Source: Phoronis australis
Lineage: Eukaryota > Animalia > Phoronida
DNA length: 64,000 nucleotides
Assembly: GCA_002633005.1 (NCBI GenBank)
Contig: NMRA01000011.1
Location: 629,370 to 693,369, forward strand
Direction of reading: 5' to 3'
The notes beneath the pieces were generated by a model. It did not search any database, had not been told where the DNA came from, and saw only the letters and a program-made list of their open reading frames with translations. The translations under genes were made by a program, and so were the position numbers. Shown here piece by piece: positions 63,812 through 64,000 of the stretch. Every line of letters starts with the position of its first letter. Position 1 is the stretch's first letter.

Positions 63812-64000
63812 CTTATCAATCCTGGGTACATTTAATTCAGGAGCTTTTTTGACAAATGCGATGCGTGAGTCTCCTCCGTAGGCCAGGAACTCACGGAGAT
63901 CATAGCTGCAGTTAATATCTTCATGCTCAATTAACTTTTCTAGGTAGTGTTGGAGGTCATGACGTCTCTTCTCCACATGAGCCGAGTCCAGTAGAGGTAA
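63812..64000 (-). CDS. SNX19: Second copy of the same SNX19-like PX exon (runs off the window edge)
   Basis: The visible coding sequence is identical to the exon starting at 63001 (offset 811 bp), with the same donor. Probably a redundant haplotype copy. Confidence 0.6.

Overview
Eukaryotic, AT-rich animal genomic DNA, probably a marine invertebrate (inferred from the repeat types and gene content; not proven). There are no prokaryotic operons or CRISPR arrays. The right end (53.2-64 kb, minus strand) holds seven coding exons from the 3' part of a sorting nexin 19-like gene (PX end plus Nexin_C), joined by GT-AG introns in consistent phase. One of these exons is duplicated across a single-N join. 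The first ~50 kb look like empty intergenic DNA in the ORF track. Read by eye across stops and frameshifts, it is densely tiled with about 20 heavily decayed, apparently intronless gene relics on both strands. These encode leucine-rich repeats (LRRNT, LRRs, LRRCT), and at least eight are followed by rhodopsin-type 7TM segments that resemble peptide receptors more than classical LGRs. No intact copy was found. Several relics occur as mirror-image paralog pairs, and they are interrupted by younger mobile elements (Harbinger- and Kolobok-like elements, MITEs, LINE fragments). All pseudogene calls are manual motif recognition with approximate boundaries and need frameshift-aware profile searches.
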